Shown here one piece after another: positions 48,230 to 62,494 of a stretch of DNA of 64,000 nt. The stretch comes from Octopus sinensis. Taxonomy: Eukaryota. Every line of letters begins with the position of its first letter. Within the stretch, counting starts at the first letter, position 1. The DNA lies in assembly GCF_006345805.1 (NCBI RefSeq), contig NC_042998.1, forward strand, positions 202,120,001 to 202,184,000, written 5' to 3'. The notes beneath the pieces are model-generated. The model was not told where the DNA came from. It made no database searches and was given only the letters and a program-made list of their open reading frames with translations. A program made the position numbers and the translations under genes.

Positions 48230-48652
48230 CTTTTACTCTTTTACTTGTTTCAGTCATGTGACTGTGGCCATGCTGGAGCACCACCTTTAGTCGATCAAAT
48301 CCACCCCAGGACTTATGCTTTGTAAGCCTAGTACTTATTCTATCGGTCTCTTTTGCGGAACCGCTAAGTTACGGGGACGTAAACACACCAGCATCAATTT
48401 TCAAGCGGTGTTGGGGGGACAAACATATACACACAAACATATACACACACCCATACATATACATATACTATATATATATATATATATATACGACGAGCTT
48501 CTTTCAGTTTCCGTCGAAAAAATCCACTCACAAGGCTTTGGTTGGCCTGAGGCCATATTAGAAGACATTTGCCCAAAGTACCACCTAGTGGGACTAAACC
48601 CGGAACCTTGTGATTCGTAAGCAAGCTACTTACCACACAGCCACTCCTACGT
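48230..48652 (-). mobile_element. SINE family A, full length
   Basis: Reverse complement of the complete family A pattern. Confidence 0.92.
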
Positions 48653-48759
48653 CGATACTCCTCGATATAATGTCTATATATAGAGAATATGCATGTGCAA
48701 ATAGATCAGTAGTGTCATACATAGACGCACTAGTTTTTGGATAGGTTGTATTTGCAGTA

Positions 48760-48920
48760 TTAGTTGTGTGGTAAGAAGTTCGTTTCCGAACGAAACGCCT
48801 CCGAGCTTACTCCCACTTCGATGGCACCTTGGGCAAGTTTCTTCTACAATAGCCTCAGGACGACCGAAGCCTTGTAAGAGGATTTCGTAGACAAGAAACG
48901 GAAAGAAGACCGCCGGGTAT
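48760..48920 (+). mobile_element. SINE family A, diverged 5' part
   Basis: tgtgtggtaagaag...ggcaccttgggcaagtttcttctacaatagcc...gaaagaagaccgcc; head-to-head with the previous copy. Confidence 0.75.
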
Positions 48921-48954
48921 ATACATTTATGTGTATGTTAGTGTTTGGATGGGG

Positions 48955-49055
48955 CATGAAGAATATGACCTCCCAATTATTAGACTATTTTCCTTGGTTC
49001 TTTGCACGGTGAAGCTATAAGCGTTAAGCTTATAAAAAAATACCATTATTATTAT
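48955..49055 (+). mobile_element. Partial 3' copy of SINE family E
   Basis: ttttccttgg..gcacggtg..ctataagcgttaagcttataaaa matches 49300-49360. Confidence 0.55.
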
Positions 49056-49174
49056 TATTTAAAGATTTGCAAAACTCGACAATGTGTAACAAAATCATTT
49101 GCGCCGAAAGTGCATAAGGTTTACTTACAAAAATAGCTATGACCTAATATAGTTCTTAAATATGACAAAAACGA

Positions 49175-49365
49175 GCAGGCTGGTGTAATGGGTATCACAC
49201 CTAGTCGCGATAACAAAGGTATGTGGGTTCGAGTAACACGCGTACGGGAAAGCGTAATTTTCTCTGTCGTGGGAGGGTTATATGCACCATCATTAGGCTG
49301 TTTTCCTTAGCCATTAGCACGGTGGTCACTATAAGCTTTAAGCTTATAAAATACCGTTATAATTA
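49175..49365 (+). mobile_element. Putative tRNA-derived SINE family E
   Basis: A-box-like TGGTGTAATGG and B-box-like GGTTCGAGT with tRNA spacing; tail duplicated ~300 bp upstream. Confidence 0.5.
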
Positions 49366-49439
49366 TTTACAGAAATATATATATATATATATAGCGGCGT
49401 ACGTACACTTTGGTCTCCTATATATATATATATATACTT

Positions 49440-50245
49440 CAAGGTCCTGGTGTCAGCCCACAAGCAAATGACAGCTGAACTACACAAGACCAGCAGGCAA
49501 TGTAATCATTCAGAATCGGTGCGTGGCCTGCGAATCCACATGAGCAACGACGCAACTTCCCATGTGCGCATTGCTCTAATCGCAACACTATCCAAGAAGG
49601 TGACATATTGTTTCCTTAGATCCTTCAGGACCAGGAACCGAGGCACAATGCTTCATCTTTGGAGTATTTTTGTCCTCAATCGTCTGGACTCCTGCGCCCA
49701 ACTGTGATCACCACAGATCGCAAAACTAATTGCGGAACTAGATGTGATCCACCGCCACTACACAAAGAAAATAGACTTAGCAAAACATATGGGCTACTGG
49801 GACTCTAATCCCTGGAGAGGACACGTGAGAGATATGCAGCGACATATAGTAAATAGTGGAGTGTCCAGCTCCATATTTCGGAATGGAAATCTAAAATTTC
49901 CGAACTAAACGGCACTGCACAGTACCAAAGCTCCCACCTTCTCCATCGAGGATACAACCCCAATATTGCAACAGCTTAGGATTCAAGGCACCACAATGTG
50001 TTGACGCCCTACCACAGGACATCAGAGATCTGCGAGGCGTTGACATGGAAGTCTTGATAAAACGTCTAGAGAGTTTTTTTATCTGTATTACCGCATGAAC
50101 ACACATCGCGGCAGGAGGCACAAAGAAGAGCAACATCTCGCTACTTCATCAGACGCAATACTGGAGAAACTCCCGAATGCAGTAAAGGCGGTGCACCAGC
50201 ATGGCCCCAGCCTCTGGCAGAAACCCATAAAATATAACAGATAAA
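49440..50245 (+). mobile_element. Decayed 3' part of LINE family L-A
   Basis: GLRIHMSND, LRSFRTR, CNSLGF..DALPQDIRDLRGVDMEVLIKRLESFLSVLP, then aaaggcggtgcaccagcatggcc. Confidence 0.85.
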
Positions 50246-50254
50246 AGACATGTG

Positions 50255-50460
50255 TGTGTCAGTCTTCATGTCTGTGGTTGTTCTCCCATTACCGCATGAC
50301 AACTGGTGTTGGTGTGTTTACGTCTCCGTATCTTAACAGTTCAGCAAAAGAGATGGACAGAATAAATACCAGGCGTTATATAATAATAATAGAATCCATT
50401 CGTTTGACTAAAATTCTTCAAGTCGGTGCCCCAACACGGCCGCTGCATTTTGACTCAGGT
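50255..50460 (+). mobile_element. SINE family A, diverged 3' half
   Basis: gacaactggtgttggtgtgtttacgtctccgta...cagcaaaagag...ggtgccccaacacggccgc. Confidence 0.72.
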
Positions 50461-51051
50461 AAAATATGAAAGATATAAAACATTTCCGAAGGCGTAAATG
50501 TAAATGCAAACAGAATATCATATAAAATAAATGACAATTAAGAAGTTTTCAACTGAAACTGTTCGATAGTTCGTGATGTAGTCTTGGTTAAAAGTGTTGC
50601 ACAGGAAGAAAGAATTTATAGAAGTACCATTGGAAAGAGAGGGAGAGAGTAAATTATATAACATAAACAGGTATTTAGGAATTCGCAAGCCAAAGGAACA
50701 TATAAGGAGTATGAGATTTAAGTAAAAAAGATTAAAAAAGTATATAGTAAATGGTAATTGGGAAATCATAATCCGAAGAAAGCACGGCTTATGGAACGGT
50801 ACATAATCCTAATATTTAAACGTAGTTAATATTTGTTGTAAATAAAAGTTCTAATGACATTCGGTCATCTCTCAATAAGCTCATAGTATTTGTGTAAATA
50901 CAAGCCTCCTTGAATCTCATACTCGTTCAGAACAAAAAGTTATTTTTCCTGATGTTAAACTGATAGTTTCTATGTATATATGCCTTTTTAAAAGTATGTT
51001 TCCGTGTGAGTGGCCTAGCGGGTAAAAATTTAGTCCAAAGGCTATGTATTA

Positions 51052-51668
51052 CTCATAAAATACAGTGTACATTTAAACACATAAGGAATCCACTCGTGGG
51101 ATTCATTAGGCTAGAAAGAACAACTAGGTTCCATAACCACAAAATTAAGGATAAAATCCCCAAAGAAAGGAAATTAAAAAATAAAAAGTTTTATGAGAAA
51201 TACATAGTCTATGGACTAAATTTTTACACGCTTGGCCACTAGAAGTGAAACGTTTTATTAATTTCTATTTCCCTTCGATATTATTAAGTATCGTAAGTTT
51301 TTGGAAAATTTTCGAATTTTAAAAGTTGGCATTTTTTTATTACCGACGAGGAGCTGGCCTGCGCCGTAGATTTGAAAAAAAGGAGGATGTATAAACAAGA
51401 GACATATAATTGATTGCCTCGTGTTTATATATTTAATCTGAGGTGTACATTTCCATGACGGTTTCACCTAGCATATTATCTTATTTCCTAAACAAAAACC
51501 AATTCGTCCAGGAAACTAGATGGTTATTTTTTAAATATTTTTCATTTAGTTCCTTTCAGAATTTTATCCTTCCTTTTTGTGGTTCTAGAACCTACCTGTT
51601 CTTTCTAGATTGATGAATCCAATGGGTGGATTCCTCTTATGTATATAAATATACACTTTATTTTATGA

Positions 51669-51669
<1 letters not shown>
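51052..51669. mobile_element. MITE/foldback element with ~130-bp TIRs and TA flanks
   Basis: 51052-~51180 is an imperfect reverse complement of ~51535-51669 (ctcataaaatacagtgta.../...tacactttattttatgag). TA at 51050-51051 and 51670-51671. Confidence 0.8.
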
Positions 51670-51700
<31 letters not shown>

Positions 51701-51703
<3 letters not shown>

Positions 51704-52250
51704 TCACTAAGCAGCGTAAAATTAATATCAGAACTTGAGGCAATCCAACAAAGCTACATGAAGAAGATAGCCTCTAAGCAGCATGTAAGCTAGTGGGAAA
51801 TACTCAAGAAATTGAGGCTCTCTTCCCTGGAGCATAACCGCAGGATTGAGACTCTGTTCCCTGGAGGATAGGAGAGATTTGTCCCAAATTTTGGCATTGA
51901 GAGTTACACTAACGCCAGAGCGGGGGGCTAGTACAAAGTGCCAAAGACTCCAGCTTTGTCATCAAAATATAGAACCAAATATAGGCTCATAGATCTTCAC
52001 GATCCTCCAGAAGGACCTGAGAAACCTACATGGGGTGGATGTACATTTCTTCAAACCAAAACTAGATCTATCACTGTCAACAGTCCCAGATAAACCAACT
52101 GCACAGCAGGAAGTGCGAATGCGGGTGGCGGAGTAAAACAGATTCATGCACCAAATGTCAAGTTCTAAATAGTATTAATGAAGTAGAAATTATGTAGCAA
52201 TACCAAATGGTGGTGCTCCAGCCTGGTCACAGCTCGACAGTCAAAACTAG
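51701..52250 (+). mobile_element. 3' part of LINE family L-A
   Basis: LEAIQQSYMKKI, WEILKKLRL, VPNFGIESYTN and KDLRNLHGVDVHFFKPKLDL..VPDKPT, then ggtggtgctccagcctggtcacag. Confidence 0.88.
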
Positions 52251-52265
52251 TTCGATTCAATTCAG

Positions 52266-52354
<89 letters not shown>

Positions 52355-52369
52355 GTATATATATATATA

Positions 52370-52910
52370 TGTCAAGTAAATTTCGACTGCTACTGGTAAC
52401 ATATAACCCAGTACAACCTGTTGCATGGTCGGGTCGTCGGCGACTAAACCAGTAACCCCACCAAGCTTGGTGAGGAGGGTGTTTATTGGACACCCTGCGG
52501 GATGAAAAACAAAACCGTCAAAGGGCGGAGGAACTCTTGATAGTCAACGGCCATCCAATAAATGTCTTAAGGCTGTATCATGCGCGGGGACATAGAAATA
52601 ATCGGACTGAATACCCGATCGTGCGGTTAAACCATTGGGAGTGAAGGACTCCTAGCTTTCGTTAGGGCATCCTTCTAGGAGAAGGTAACTTAGGCAATTG
52701 GGATAACTCCGACATAAAACCTGCGGCTCAGTGGTTACCGATGATGTTGACTTGTTCTTTTCGGATTATGGCTGCTGTTACTTAGTGAGTGGGATTGACT
52801 CAGTGCACAGCCTTTCCTCATTTAAAAAAAATCTTCTTGCACTGGCATTGCACTATAACAACATTGATTATGCTTCGTGCAATGGCCATACTCGATAACG
52901 AGGGGGCAAC
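52370..52910 (+). mobile_element. GC-richer structured segment, possibly an RTE-type LINE 5' leader
   Basis: Four consecutive hairpins. The agggcatccttctaggagaaggtaac motif resembles RTE 5'UTRs as I recall them. No ORF follows. Confidence 0.35.
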
Positions 52911-53553
52911 CACCACCATATATGTATATATAGGGAGAAGAAAGAGAATTTTTGTTATTAATCACGGCACTTGTTTCGATACATCGCGCATCGAACTCTC
53001 ACTGGTGGGACGCGGTACATCTTGTTAAGGAGCATTCAGCGGGGCAGCTGTAACTTATTGGGTGATAAATGATACAAATCGTTAAAACAACTGTTCCATT
53101 ATGTACCTTCTTATTTCGTTGAAAGAAAAGCAACAAAGCGAAGGAAATATCTTCATTGTTAAAGCTGATCAAAAATAAAATCACAGATGCAAAACAGAAA
53201 CAAACACGCAATACAGAGAGAAAACTATTAAATATAACTGTTAACAGATATGGTTGTATAAATAGCCCCGCGCAAGTAGCATGGTGCGTGCACAGTCGCT
53301 CATATAAGCCGCCTTGAAAATGTAATAATATGCACACTTGAGGTATGACGCACTAATGTTCACAAAGCGTGATAAATAGGTCCTTGATGTTTATAAGAAT
53401 GGGAAGGATAAAGCTAAACTTAATTCATCTATTCCTTACAGTATATATATATAAATAGAATTTCTGAAAGACTCTCAAAATGCCGACACGCATATACATT
53501 TGATTTCGCACAATGCGGTGGGAATGAATTCGAGTAATTGTTATAAATAAATG

Positions 53554-53595
<42 letters not shown>

Positions 53596-53596
<1 letters not shown>

Positions 53597-53731
53597 TTAC
53601 TGCCCACAATGGGCTAAACATAGAGGGGAAAAACAAGGACAGATAAAGGGATTAAGTCTATTGCATCGACCCCAGTGCGAAGCTGGTACTTTATTTATCG
53701 ACCCCAAAAGGATGAAAGGCAAAGTCGACCT
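53596..53731 (-). mobile_element. SINE family B, tail type 2, 5'-truncated
   Basis: tctttactgcccacaatgggctaaac...atcgaccccagtgc...gaaaggcaaagtcgacct. Confidence 0.85.
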
Positions 53732-53757
53732 AGGGGCAACTATATATATATAAATAT

Positions 53758-53954
53758 ATCACCGTTGGCCATTTTTGTTTCCTCTGTCTTCCTTTCTCTG
53801 GATCTTTCCTTCTCCTATGTTTCCGACGAAGAGCTCCGCTCGAAACGTTAAACCCTCCTTCTTTCCTGCTTTCCTGAGCGTCCAATAACACTATATTTGT
53901 TCCACGTCCTCGAGTTGTTGTGTTTGTTTGTATTTTCTTGTTTGGATTAACTTT

Positions 53955-53955
<1 letters not shown>
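53758..53955 (+). mobile_element. H1 element with hammerhead-like motif
   Basis: gttt-CCGACGA-A-GAG(ctccg)CTC-GAAACGTT-aaac at 53819-53853, flanked by (TA)n. Confidence 0.8.
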
Positions 53956-54020
<65 letters not shown>

Positions 54021-54504
54021 CATTTATAGCTTATTTATTAATACAAAGCATCACATAACAAAGTAGGTGACGTAACATATCATATTGTTCGTTATTCTTC
54101 ATCTTCAGAGGGCATTCAAATTAAAGCAACTTATCTTCATCAGAGTAAAACACAAGAGCATACACTACAAACAAAAAGAAGATGCAAGACGAAAAGGGCA
54201 AATAATTATTTACCATCAAGACTTCAGTGTCGGTAGGTAAAAGAGTCATCTATTTTGCTTTGTATTAAAAAATAAACTATAAATGTGGTCCAATCGGTCT
54301 GTTGTTTAATCTGTGGTTTTCTCCATTTTTTTAATTATATATACATACATGTGTGAGTGTGTGTGTGCGCGAGTGTGGGTGTGTATGTGTGTGTACGTGA
54401 AAACACATGTATACCCGGCTTGACCAAAACATGTGCATTCTTCTGGCGTCCGTAATTTTTTTAAAAGGAAAGCAGAATTTGAAGAATTCCATCATTTTTC
54501 GATA

Positions 54505-54745
54505 TACCCTCCTTGCTTTTCGATGCCACCCTCTTGACACAAAGCAGCACTCCCTCCCCTAGTCACTTGATGTAGGTCTCCATGTTCATTCTGAGGCCGT
54601 GTATCAAGATTAATGGAGCCATAACGTAACCATCATTAGTGATCACTCCAAACCCCATGATAATGGGTGGATGTTTGATTTTTATCTCGGTACGTTTTTG
54701 GGACATAGCAAGCCAATGGTTGTTCTGTTTGTTCACCATCTGTTT
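54505..54745 (-). pseudogene. Tc1/mariner-superfamily (maT/DD37D-like) transposase fragment
   Basis: QMVNKQNNHWLA..IKHPPIIMGFGVITNDGYVMAPLILIHGLRMNMETYIK*LGEGVL..VKRVA resembles the segment between the first two catalytic Asp. No TIRs found. Confidence 0.7.
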
Positions 54746-54947
54746 TATTGGAGCTTTATACAGATGCCAATCAGTAGTGTATGTAATTCCCAAATTTCTG
54801 GCAGAGTGATTTGCGTCATGGTGCTCTTTTTTTCACAGACGGCGCCCAACTGACCTTATTATACTGCGTAGTCAACAAAAGGAAAAACTATCAATACGCA
54901 TGCGCGAAATAAAAAATATAAACTGGATACAACTTATCCATCGCACC

Positions 54948-54987
<40 letters not shown>

Positions 54988-55520
54988 GTGTGTGTATGTG
55001 TGTGTAGGAGAGGAAAAAGTAATAAGGCAGAATGCTAAATTGAAAGTAGACTTTAATGAAAATGGATGTATGAAAAATTAAAATAGGAATCAAGCCGCCT
55101 CTCATTCCAAGGCAAATTCTCAAGATTTGGAAGGGGAATTTTTTTTTAAACTGAGGAATGGGAAAAAGAAATTTACAAAGTTTTTTTCAAAAAAATAATA
55201 AACATACAAGACTTAATAAATAAGTATACTAATAGATTATTGTGTCTAAATGTCTTTTTCTGTTCAATATCAGTCTATGGAAAAACTACTTTAGAGGATT
55301 AGGATCCATGTATATATATTTATATTACGTTGATGTACTTACATAGCAAGTGACTTGTTCTGTGATTGTGTGCTGAAACAAATGCAATAGCAGCGTGGAA
55401 GGTGTTTATAAGCCATTTAAAAGCATACAAAAAACCGTTACGTTTACTTCAACATATAAATTTAGTTTGTCAAAATATTTTTAAAACCGCGACCTATCCA
55501 CTGACAAAATTCCGTGCTGT

Positions 55521-55571
<51 letters not shown>

Positions 55572-56112
55572 TATAATTTCTGAAAGACTCTCAAGATGCC
55601 TAGAGGCATATAGATTTACTTTCGTAAAATGCAGTAGGAATGAATTTGAGTAACTCTTATAAATCTATTATATTGTATGCTCTTGTTTTTCCCAATAATG
55701 ATAAATTGCTTTAATCCGAATGCTCTCTGAAGATGAAGAATTCTATTCTCGCATTTATGTATACGCTGCATTTTGGCAATCCGAAGAGTAACGATAAGTA
55801 AGATATGTTACGTCACCTATTTTGTTAACTCATGTTCTGTATTAAAAAAATTAACTATAAATGTGGTCCAGTCGATGTGTTGGTTAATAGATGGTTCCCT
55901 CCATTTTCTAATCATTTGCATTGGTTCCTGATAAACTCTTGTTTTTCCTGTTGTTACATGCACGCTACGTGTATGGTGTGCCTGCACACCAATACCCGGC
56001 GATAAAACAGATAAATGGGAACGATAGTATATACGGATAATTTATCCTTAGTTGGTTACTATAACCGCTAACTCTGCTTACATGATATATATATATATAT
56101 ATTATATATATA

Positions 56113-56151
<39 letters not shown>

Positions 56152-56589
56152 CGTGTGTGTGTGTGTGTGTGTATGTATGTATTATACGGCGTGCATGTAT
56201 AGATGTGCGTGTGTGCGTACGTATGTATGTATTACGGACAGATTGTCGGATGGATGGATGGAAGTTTGGATAGATATACCAAGGGAAAAGTAAATGAACA
56301 TCATTTTATAGAGTTAATAATAGACCGTGTTGTGTCTGCGTTTGTGTGTGTACGTGTGTACTGACTAGAGCTCAATAACATATTGGAATGCATTTTAATA
56401 TATAACAATGGTAGCAATATCACTTGCAGCCATAAAAATATATATCTCATGGATGACGGGCCACATGTATAGAACGGGATTTATCATTTCGAGCAGGAAC
56501 TGAGACAGATGGAATATTCAGAATTCTAATCAGATGTACCTTCAATGAAATGATATTAAGATGTATATAGATTTATGTGTTTTTGTAAC

Positions 56590-56604
56590 TGCTTATCTTA
56601 TTTT

Positions 56605-56639
<35 letters not shown>

Positions 56640-56853
56640 TTATATTTTACTATTTATGTATACAATACATACTCATATATAAATTTGTATATGAAAATAT
56701 ATGAGCAGTTACACATGAATTCGTATCTTCTGACGTGTAACGACCATATGCATTTATGCACACACACACACATTCACACGCACAGATATATATGCGTATC
56801 TTTATATATGTTTGTGTATGTGTGAATATATAGATGTATGTACTTATAGATGC

Positions 56854-56890
<37 letters not shown>

Positions 56891-57154
56891 ATTATATGTA
56901 TGTGCGTATGTATGTAATCATATATGTATGTATATATGTATGTCGGTATAGATGTATGTATGCATATATGTATATATGCATATATATATATGTATGTGCG
57001 TATGTATGTAATCATATATGTATGTATATATATATATATATATGTATATATATGCATATATATATCTGTATACATATTCGTATATATACATATATACATG
57101 TATATGCATGTATATGTATATATATGTTTATTCATATATATGCACACATATATG

Positions 57155-57189
<35 letters not shown>

Positions 57190-57190
57190 C
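56590..57190. repeat. (TA)/(TATG)-rich low-complexity tract
   Basis: Directly visible. Confidence 0.93.
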
Positions 57191-57382
57191 GGGAAGCTTT
57201 ATGAAAATAAACAAAAGCTTTATGAAAATAAACGAAGGCAGGTGGAGTACAAACAAACAATTGTTTTAGTATGGCGCTCAGGAATATAAATAAAACAAGT
57301 CTTTTACGTTTCGAGCCTACGCTCTTCAACAGAAAGATACACAGAAAAGAAACCTGGAGTGAAACAAGGAGAGAAAAAAAAA
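57190..57382 (-). mobile_element. Element H2 (H1-related) with hammerhead-like motif
   Basis: tcttt-CTGTTGA-A-GAGC(gtag)GCTC-GAAACGTA-aaaga at 57300-57337. Shares the downstream ttcctgagcg motif with H1; flanked by (TA)n. Confidence 0.72.
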
Positions 57383-57531
57383 ATATATATATACGTATAT
57401 ATTGATATATGTATATATATATATGCATGCATACATATAATATCTATGTTTGTGTGTGTCTGTGAGCGTTGTATGTGTGTCTGATGACAAATTCCTCCCG
57501 TCCTATAAAGGTACAATACCTAATCCTTCTG

Positions 57532-57574
<43 letters not shown>

Positions 57575-57852
57575 CTAAGAAATATGTATACGTATATACA
57601 TATACTTATAAATACACACATATATATATAATAACCGGAAAGCACTGGTCTTTTCATAATTTAAATATGAATTTAAGCTACGTTAATTTCTAAGTAATCA
57701 TCCAAGAATAATTAAAACGCATTGGTCGCCAGCATTGGCAAAAGGTTAATATATATATCATGTAAGGAAGACATATTTATGAAACACGCAGATTAATATA
57801 ACATGGCTCTAGGGAAAGCTGGATATAGAGACAAAATAGTATACCAGTATAG

Positions 57853-59600
<1,748 letters not shown>

Positions 59601-59685
59601 ATATTCATTTATATTATAGGATAACATACCTATAAACGTTTCAACTCATTCATACAGATAGATCGTTTAGAGCAAAAAAATTCTC

Positions 59686-59985
59686 ACAAATGCAGATATA
59701 AACTGCAAAATCAAGTGTGTGATCTGCTGCATTAAATGCCCTAATTGCGAGAAAATATATACCGGTGAGATAGGGAATGCATAATCGGAAGGCTTACGAG
59801 TTCACTGACAAGAAATCCGGAACACATGTTCAGCAAATTCCATTTTGCGGACATATAGAAACAAGTGGTCAGAAAATACTTCTAATTTTTCCTTTCCGCA
59901 AGCTACATGACACAAATTAAGTTGGAAAAAAGATTTAAAGAATAACTTTTTATTAAAAATTTCGAACCTTTTCTGAACGGAAATA
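59686..59985 (+). pseudogene. Second, different Penelope-like GIY-YIG remnant
   Basis: TNADINCKIKCVICCIKCPNCEKIYTGEIG, LRVH*QEIR, QQIPFCGHIET and RFKE*LFIKNFEPFLN. Confidence 0.75.
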
Positions 59986-60463
59986 ACCATAATAACATAA
60001 TAGCCACTCAATGAAGTGGATTTTGAAATATCTTTAACATATAAATATAAACAAATTACAGAAGACTCCCAACAGCTGAAAAAAAGTCGATCGAAACCAA
60101 CTAAGTTTGCTCACTCATAAAATTCTTACATATAAACCGCAAACTAATTGGTTAAGATAAAGGCGGGATCTATGCTAGAAATATCGGCGCTCCAAACCGT
60201 ATTCGAAAAATTCAGCTTGTGAAAGCCTTGTAAGTGATATAAAAAGGAAGACGTCAGTCATTCTACTACAGTTGTCAAGAACTCAACTGTCAGTTAAATA
60301 CATTTTGAAATCTGATGATTATTACAGACGTATGAAAACAGTAATTCAATGTTTAACACACTTTAACATTGTAAAAAGTTGTTTTTTAAATACAATCAAA
60401 AATATCGTGAAAACCAGACCAAGTTTCAACTTAATTCAACCGATATATTATATATATACATAT

Positions 60464-60639
60464 AGGCGCAGGAGTGGCTGTGTGGTAAGTAGCTTGCTAA
60501 CCAGCCACATGGTTGCGGGTTCAGTCCCACTGCGTGGCATCTTGGGCAAGTGTCTTCTGCTATAGCCCCGGGCCGACCAATGCCTTGTGAGTGGATTTGG
60601 TAGACGGAAACTGAAAGAAGCCTGTCGTATATATGTATG

Positions 60640-60679
<40 letters not shown>

Positions 60680-60880
60680 TGTGTCTGTGTTTGTCCCCCT
60701 AGCATTGCTTGACAACCGATGCTGGTGTGTCTACGTCCCCGCCACTTAGCGGTTCGGCAAAAGAGACCGATAGAATAAGTACTGGGCTTACAAAGAATAA
60801 GTTCCGGGGTCGATTTGATCGACTAAAGGCGGTGCTCCAGCATGGCCGCAGTCAAATGACTGAAACAAGTAAAAAAGAGA
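60464..60880 (+). mobile_element. SINE family A, full length
   Basis: Very similar to 13422-13847. Confidence 0.93.
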
Positions 60881-60890
60881 AAAAAAAGAG

Positions 60891-60926
<36 letters not shown>

Positions 60927-60961
60927 GTACATTGATATATATATCATATGTACACACAAGC

Positions 60962-61270
60962 AACTAGGTAGTATTATTTTTGATCGACAACTAAAGTAGA
61001 ATTAGGATCCTTGTGTCTGTCCTTCGTGAATGTCTTGCAGTTTTTAATACATTTGTATTTATGGAATAACTGAGCGTCTCACATCCCGACTTTTGTTGAC
61101 TGTAATTTTGCATAATTTTTTGCGACTCTATATTTCTTTCCTTCTTTCTCTCCTGACCTAATATTCCTTTTCTAACATCCCTACTTCCTCTCTCCCTCTC
61201 TCTAGTCTTCTCACACCTTCACCCTTCTTTACTCTGTTCTCCGTCTCTCTCACACACACACTCTCTCTCA

Positions 61271-61324
<54 letters not shown>

Positions 61325-61732
61325 GTACTTCCATTCTGTCTGCTCGCCACACGTGACCTTTGACTGATTTTCTATTTTCTGCCTTTTTGCCACCGGACCC
61401 CTATCGAGCCGGTCAACTTTTTCTCCTCTTTTACTAATTCTGTTTTTATATCCATTTGAGAATTTCTTCCAGGCATTAGACCTTCATTCTGGTGTTTAGT
61501 TGACAGTCTTTATTTATTGTCTTCGTCTATTGCTTCAAATTTAATTGCTTTCCTACGTCCGCCCTGTATTGTTATGTTTGCCCGAGACCTAATTCTACGC
61601 AAATCTTGTGGGGTTGCCGATATACGAAGTTCCCAACCTTATCGGTAAACGCACGAAACTAGGTATTAGTATTTTTGGTCGATAGCAGGGAAAGAATTAT
61701 TTATGGAATAACTGAACGCCATATATCCCGAC

Positions 61733-61737
<5 letters not shown>
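60962..61737 (+). repeat. Dispersed direct repeat pair (60962-61095 and 61656-61737)
   Basis: aactaggta..tatttttg.tcga and tttatggaataactga.cg....atcccgac occur at both ends, around a (CT)n-rich interior. Confidence 0.65.
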
Positions 61738-61813
<76 letters not shown>

Positions 61814-62494
61814 CAGTCCGAGACAGACACACAGACACACAGATATATAGATACTTAGATATAGATATGTATATATAGATGTACACCTGATAATGACCGA
61901 TAGGAGATGAATGACTATACCAAGCGACTGAAAGTAAATTATTGATATTTAACGACGTTGAAATGCAGATGAGTAACTGATTCTCAAACTAACCTCTTAC
62001 TGGGAAGCAGAATCGAATAATCTCTATGGAGATTAAATCAAATTTCCGTAATCAATGTGTTGATACTTTAAAGGTAAGAGATATGACGCTTGATGTCATT
62101 TTGCCGAGGAAAATAAGTTCAATGAGTTACATTTTGGTTTTGTTTTTAAATGTGCATCTAATTCGGCAGAACAAAATTAACTATGTGTTGATTGAGGATG
62201 TCTGAGAGATAGAACTGAATGGCTTGTGTTTTCTGATAAGCAAAGCTTTTTATCGTTTCAAAGTATTTTTGTCCAGTGAAAAGAAAAAAATTAAATAGAT
62301 AACATTACACACAAATCATTACCATCTAACACATACAAAACCAAAATGACAATGTCAAAGACAAAATAAATTACTACAATTTTTACCAACAATTTGCAGA
62401 CTTCAATGTCTACGATAAAAACCTTTACTTTTCTTTCTACATTAATTAACCACGCAAATAAAACGAAATAAGAATTAGAATTATAGTTTTTGAC

